NCBI RefSeq assembly: GCF_009914755.1
Contig: NC_060927.1
Source: the human T2T-CHM13v2.0 reference genome, Homo sapiens
DNA length: 64,000 nt
Strand: one strand, 5' to 3'
Part shown: positions 59,723-64,000 of the stretch, piece after piece
Position numbering within the stretch: position 1 is the first letter of the stretch
How the letters are laid out: each line of letters opens with the position of its first letter
Program-made: the position numbers and the translations under genes
Notes under the pieces: model-generated
Seen by the model: the letters and a program-made list of their open reading frames with translations, nothing else
Told to the model about the DNA's origin: nothing
The model's database searches: none

Positions 59723-61824
59723 AGAGAGAGAGAGAGGTGGGAGGTGCCACACACTTTTCAATGACCAGATCTCATGAGAACTCACTCACTATCATGAGGA
59801 CAGTACCAACAGGGATGGTGCTAAACCATTCATGAGAAACTGTCCCCAAGATCCAATCACCTCCTGCCAGGCCCCACCTCCAACATTAGGGATTATAATT
59901 TGATATGAAATTTGGGTAGGGACACAGATCCAAACCATATTATTCTGCCCTTGGCTCCTTCCAAATCTCCTGTCCTTCTCACATGTCAAAATATAACCAT
60001 GCCTTCCCAGCAGTGCCCAAAAGTCTTAACTCATTCTAGTATTAACTCAAATGTCCAAAGTCTCATCTGAGACAAGTTAAGTCCCTTCCACCTATGAGCC
60101 TGTAAAATATAAAATAAGTTAGTTACTTCCAAGATACAATGGGGGTATAGACATTAGGTAAATACTTCCATTTCAAAAGGGAGAAATTGGCCAGAACAAA
60201 GGGTCTATAGGCCCCATGCATGTCTGAAACACAGCAGGGAAGTCATTAAATTTTAAAGCTCCAAAAAAATCTCCTTTGACCTAATGTCCCACATCCAGGG
60301 TACACTGGTGTGAGGGGTGGGCTACCAAGGTCTTGGTCAGCCCCACTCAGGTGGCTTTGCAGGATTCAGCACCTGCGGCTGCTCTCATGGGCTGCCATTG
60401 AGTGCCTGTGGCTTTTTCAGGTGCACGGTGCAATCTGTGGATGGATCTACCTTTCTGGAGTCTAGAGAATGGTAGCCCTCTTCTCATAGCTCCACTAGGC
60501 AATGCCCCAGCGGGGACTCTGTGTGGGAGCTCCAACCCCACATTTCCCCTCCATACTGCCCTAGTAGAGGTTCTCTGTGAGCACTCCGCCCCTGCAGCTG
60601 GCTTCTGCCTGAACATTTAAGTTTTCTATACATCCTCTAAAATCTAGGTGGGGGCTCCCAGGCCTTAACTCTTGTATCCTGTGCACCTGCAGTCTTAACA
60701 CCACATGGAAGCTACCAAGGCTTATGGCTTGCACCCTTTGAAGCGGTGCTTGGATCCCTTTGAGCCACAGGAGGAGCTGGAGCAGCTGGGATGCAGAAAA
60801 CAGTGTCCTGAGGCTGTGCAGGGTAGCAAGGCCCTGGGCCTGGCCCACAAAATCATTCTTCCCTCCTAGGCCTCTGGGCCTGTGATGGGATGAACTGCCC
60901 CAAAGGTCTGTGAAATGCCTTTGAGGCCTTTCCCACATTGTCTTGGCTATCAGCATTTGGCTCCTTTTTATTTATGCAAACTTCTGCAGCCTGTTTGAAT
61001 TCTTCTCCTGAAAATGGGCTTTTCTTTTCTACCACATGGCCAGGCTGCAAAATTTCCTAACTTTTACACTCTACTTCCCTTTAAATACAAGTTAAAATTT
61101 AAATATAGGTTTAAATCCAAACTTATTTTTAAATTTAAGTTCCAACTTCAGGTCATTTATTTGCTCATGCATGTGGGCATAGGCGGTTAGAAGCAGCCTG
61201 GTCACATGTTGAATGCTTTGCTGCTTAGAAATTTCTTGTACCAGACACCTTAAATCATCATTCTCAAGTTCAGAGTTCCACAGATCTCTAGGGCAGGAGC
61301 ACAATGCAGTCAAGTTCTTTGCTAAGGCATAACAAGTTTGACCTTTGATCTAGTTCCCAGTAAGTTCCTCATTTTCATTTGAGATCTCCTCAGCCTGGAC
61401 TTTATTGTTCATGTCACTATTGGCATTTTTGTCACAACAATTTAACAAGTCTCTAGGAAGTTTGAAACTATCCCTCATCTTCCTGTCTTCTGAGCCCTCC
61501 ACACTCTTCCAACCTCTGCCAGTTATCCAGTTCCAAAGTCACTTCCACATTTTCAGGTTATCTTTATAGCAATGTCCCACTCCTTGGTACCAATTTTCTT
61601 TGTTAGTTCGTTCTTGCACTGCTATAAACAAAGACCTAAGATTGAGTAATTTATAAAGAAAAGAGGTTTGATTGGCTCACAGTTCTGCAGGCTGCACAGG
61701 AAACATAGCAGCTTCTGCTTCTGGAGAGGCTCAGAAAGTTTTCAATCATGGCAGAAGGCAAAGATATGATGGGAGCATCTCATATGATGGGAGCAGGAGC
61801 AAGAGAGAGTGGGGGGTGGTTGCA
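59477..61824 (-). mobile_element. MST (MaLR) element: 3' LTR 59477-59942, internal region to ~61598, partial 5' LTR
   Basis: Reverse LTR ending CAGATCCAAACCATATTA; MaLR-internal ORF remnants (RQKPAAGAE...RTSTRAVWRGNVGLE); second LTR restarts after GGTACCAATTTTC. Confidence 0.88.
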
Positions 61825-62139
61825 TAATGGGGGTGGATTTCTCACGAATGGCTTAGCACTACCCTCTTGGTGCTGTTCTCATGACAGTGAGTTCTCATGA
61901 GATCTGGTCTTTAAAAGCGTGTAGCACCTCCCTCCTCTCTCTCTTGCTCCTGCTCCTGCCATCTGAGATACCTTGCTCCCCCTTTGCCTTCCACCGTGAT
62001 TGGAAGCATCCTGAGGCCCCTCCCAGAAGCAGAAGCCACTATGCTTCCTGTACACCCTGTGGAACTATGAGCCTCCTTTCTTTGTAAGTTACCCAGTCTC
62101 AGGAATTTCTTTATAGCAGTGCAAGAATGGACTAATACA
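61825..62139 (+). mobile_element. 5'-truncated MST LTR in opposite orientation, fused to the previous element
   Basis: ATGGGGGTGGATTTCTCACGAATGGCTTAGCAC...GAATGGACTAATACA. Confidence 0.85.
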
Positions 62140-62390
62140 ATGTATAAATAGTTGTTAGCAGAGAGATCCAGGGTAATTTGTGGTGGTGAGTTTCAGTCCA
62201 GACTAAGAAAGATAGGAAGGATTAAAATAAAACAGTGGCTCACTTGAATTCTTCAGAAACTTTGGAAGTTTGAGGAAAAAAAGGTAGCATGAATTATGTG
62301 GAGAGAAATCAGGCTTTGGTTGATCCGTTGGAGTTCTTTGAGGTGATAGGCAAGAATATAGATAATGAGGATCCAAGTCACTGTAATTTA

Positions 62391-62711
<321 letters not shown>

Positions 62712-64000
62712 CTACAAATGAAGATGAGCCATCAAGGATGAAAACTTGGATTCTCATTTGACCTTGTCCTTGAATGTAAAGCTAAGAGCTTTAAATCCAT
62801 TACCTAGCACCTAGCACGAAGTATAGAACATAATAGTCACTCAATAAATATTTGTTGGATGACATTTAATTCTCACAACAACTCTCTGAGGCTCCCTATG
62901 ATTATTATTATCATCTCTATTTTAGAAGTGAAAAAACTGATGGTTTAGAACAGTTAAATTTTCTCTACTAAGAACTGATGCCAACACTTTCTCAGACCCT
63001 CTTACTAACCTACACCCTGAGCCCTTTGATCTTAGCCTGTCTTGACCTGTTTCCCAAATTATTCCTGATCTCCTTGGCTCCTAAACCCAAGCTTTCCCTC
63101 CTTTTAATGGTCTTGTACCTGGTCTTCCAAATTGACCTTTGTTTACTGTTCCTCCAGTGCTGAATCACCCTGGCCAGTCTGATTCCTGGGACACTAACCC
63201 TGCTTAGGTCCTTCAGGGTTAATGTTTCTTGTCTAATCCCCTTATATTAATTATTTCAAACAGTATTTATTGAACCTCTCTGTGTGCCAGATTTTATGCT
63301 AGATGCTGGAGGTGAACATGACATTGTCTCTTCCCTCAGGTAATCCATTACAGAAGATCCTGGAAATGTGAAAACCTCATGATAGAAAAACAAGGAAGTG
63401 GATCAGTGCAAATAACTTTGGAAGAGAAATGTAAATAGAAATGTTCTCTCAGGAATAAGTCCTGGCACAGGGCCTATTTAACATTCTTATATATGGAAAA
63501 TAAGAGATATAAGCAATGAAATCATCTGGTTTGCAGACAGCTCCAATATCTTTGCAAGAAGTGAAATGTAAGTTGATGGAGATGAAATGTAAAAAGAGCT
63601 AGCAAGCTGTCCAAAAGGGCTGAGCAGGGGAATGTGCACTGTAATGTTGGCACACACCACTGAATGCATTTAGAGAAATGCAATCTAATTTATTTATAGA
63701 ATGATAGGATCTGAACTATCAGGGAGTAAATTCAACAAATACTTGCGATTCTATTTGGAAGAAGGCATGTACTGGATACTGCAGATCAGATGAAGATGAT
63801 AGAGACATAGAACCTTAAATACTCTGAGAAATATTGAAAGGGCATAATGAAGAAAGTATTATTTAAAATGAATCATAAATCATGAGTGAGATTTAGATGG
63901 GTGAGTATTTGTGATGGAAGAACAGGAAATCCCAGGTAGATAAAATGACGATGGTTCTAGTGTGACTGATAGGTAGGGGACATGGAAGTGAGTGGAGAGT

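Overview
This is repeat-rich primate DNA, almost certainly the human NDUFB4/HGD locus (chromosome 3q13 from recall; the AluYa5 copy is a human-specific subfamily). Two genes converge. On the + strand are the last two coding exons of NDUFB4 (complex I subunit). On the - strand are exons 5-14 of HGD (homogentisate 1,2-dioxygenase, the alkaptonuria gene); all have GT-AG boundaries and join in one open frame. The ~26 kb between the two 3' ends is packed with retroelements: a MER41B solo LTR with two intact GAS motifs, a three-layer nest (L1 in a MER48-like LTR in a MER61-like LTR), and a two-LTR HERV-IP (LTR10/HERVIP10FH-type) provirus with internal tandem arrays. I find no evidence for a new gene or prokaryote-style system, and nearly all listed ORFs derive from repeats. 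The most unusual structures are a diverged copy of the NDUFB4 3'-end region inside its last intron, an MST element that seems to have two inverted 3' LTR ends, an L1 with a probable short 3' transduction, an AP-1 repeat-unit asymmetry between sister LTRs, and a tandem in-frame splice donor at HGD exon 5. Repeat family names come from recalled consensus sequences, not a database search, and boundaries of old repeats are approximate.
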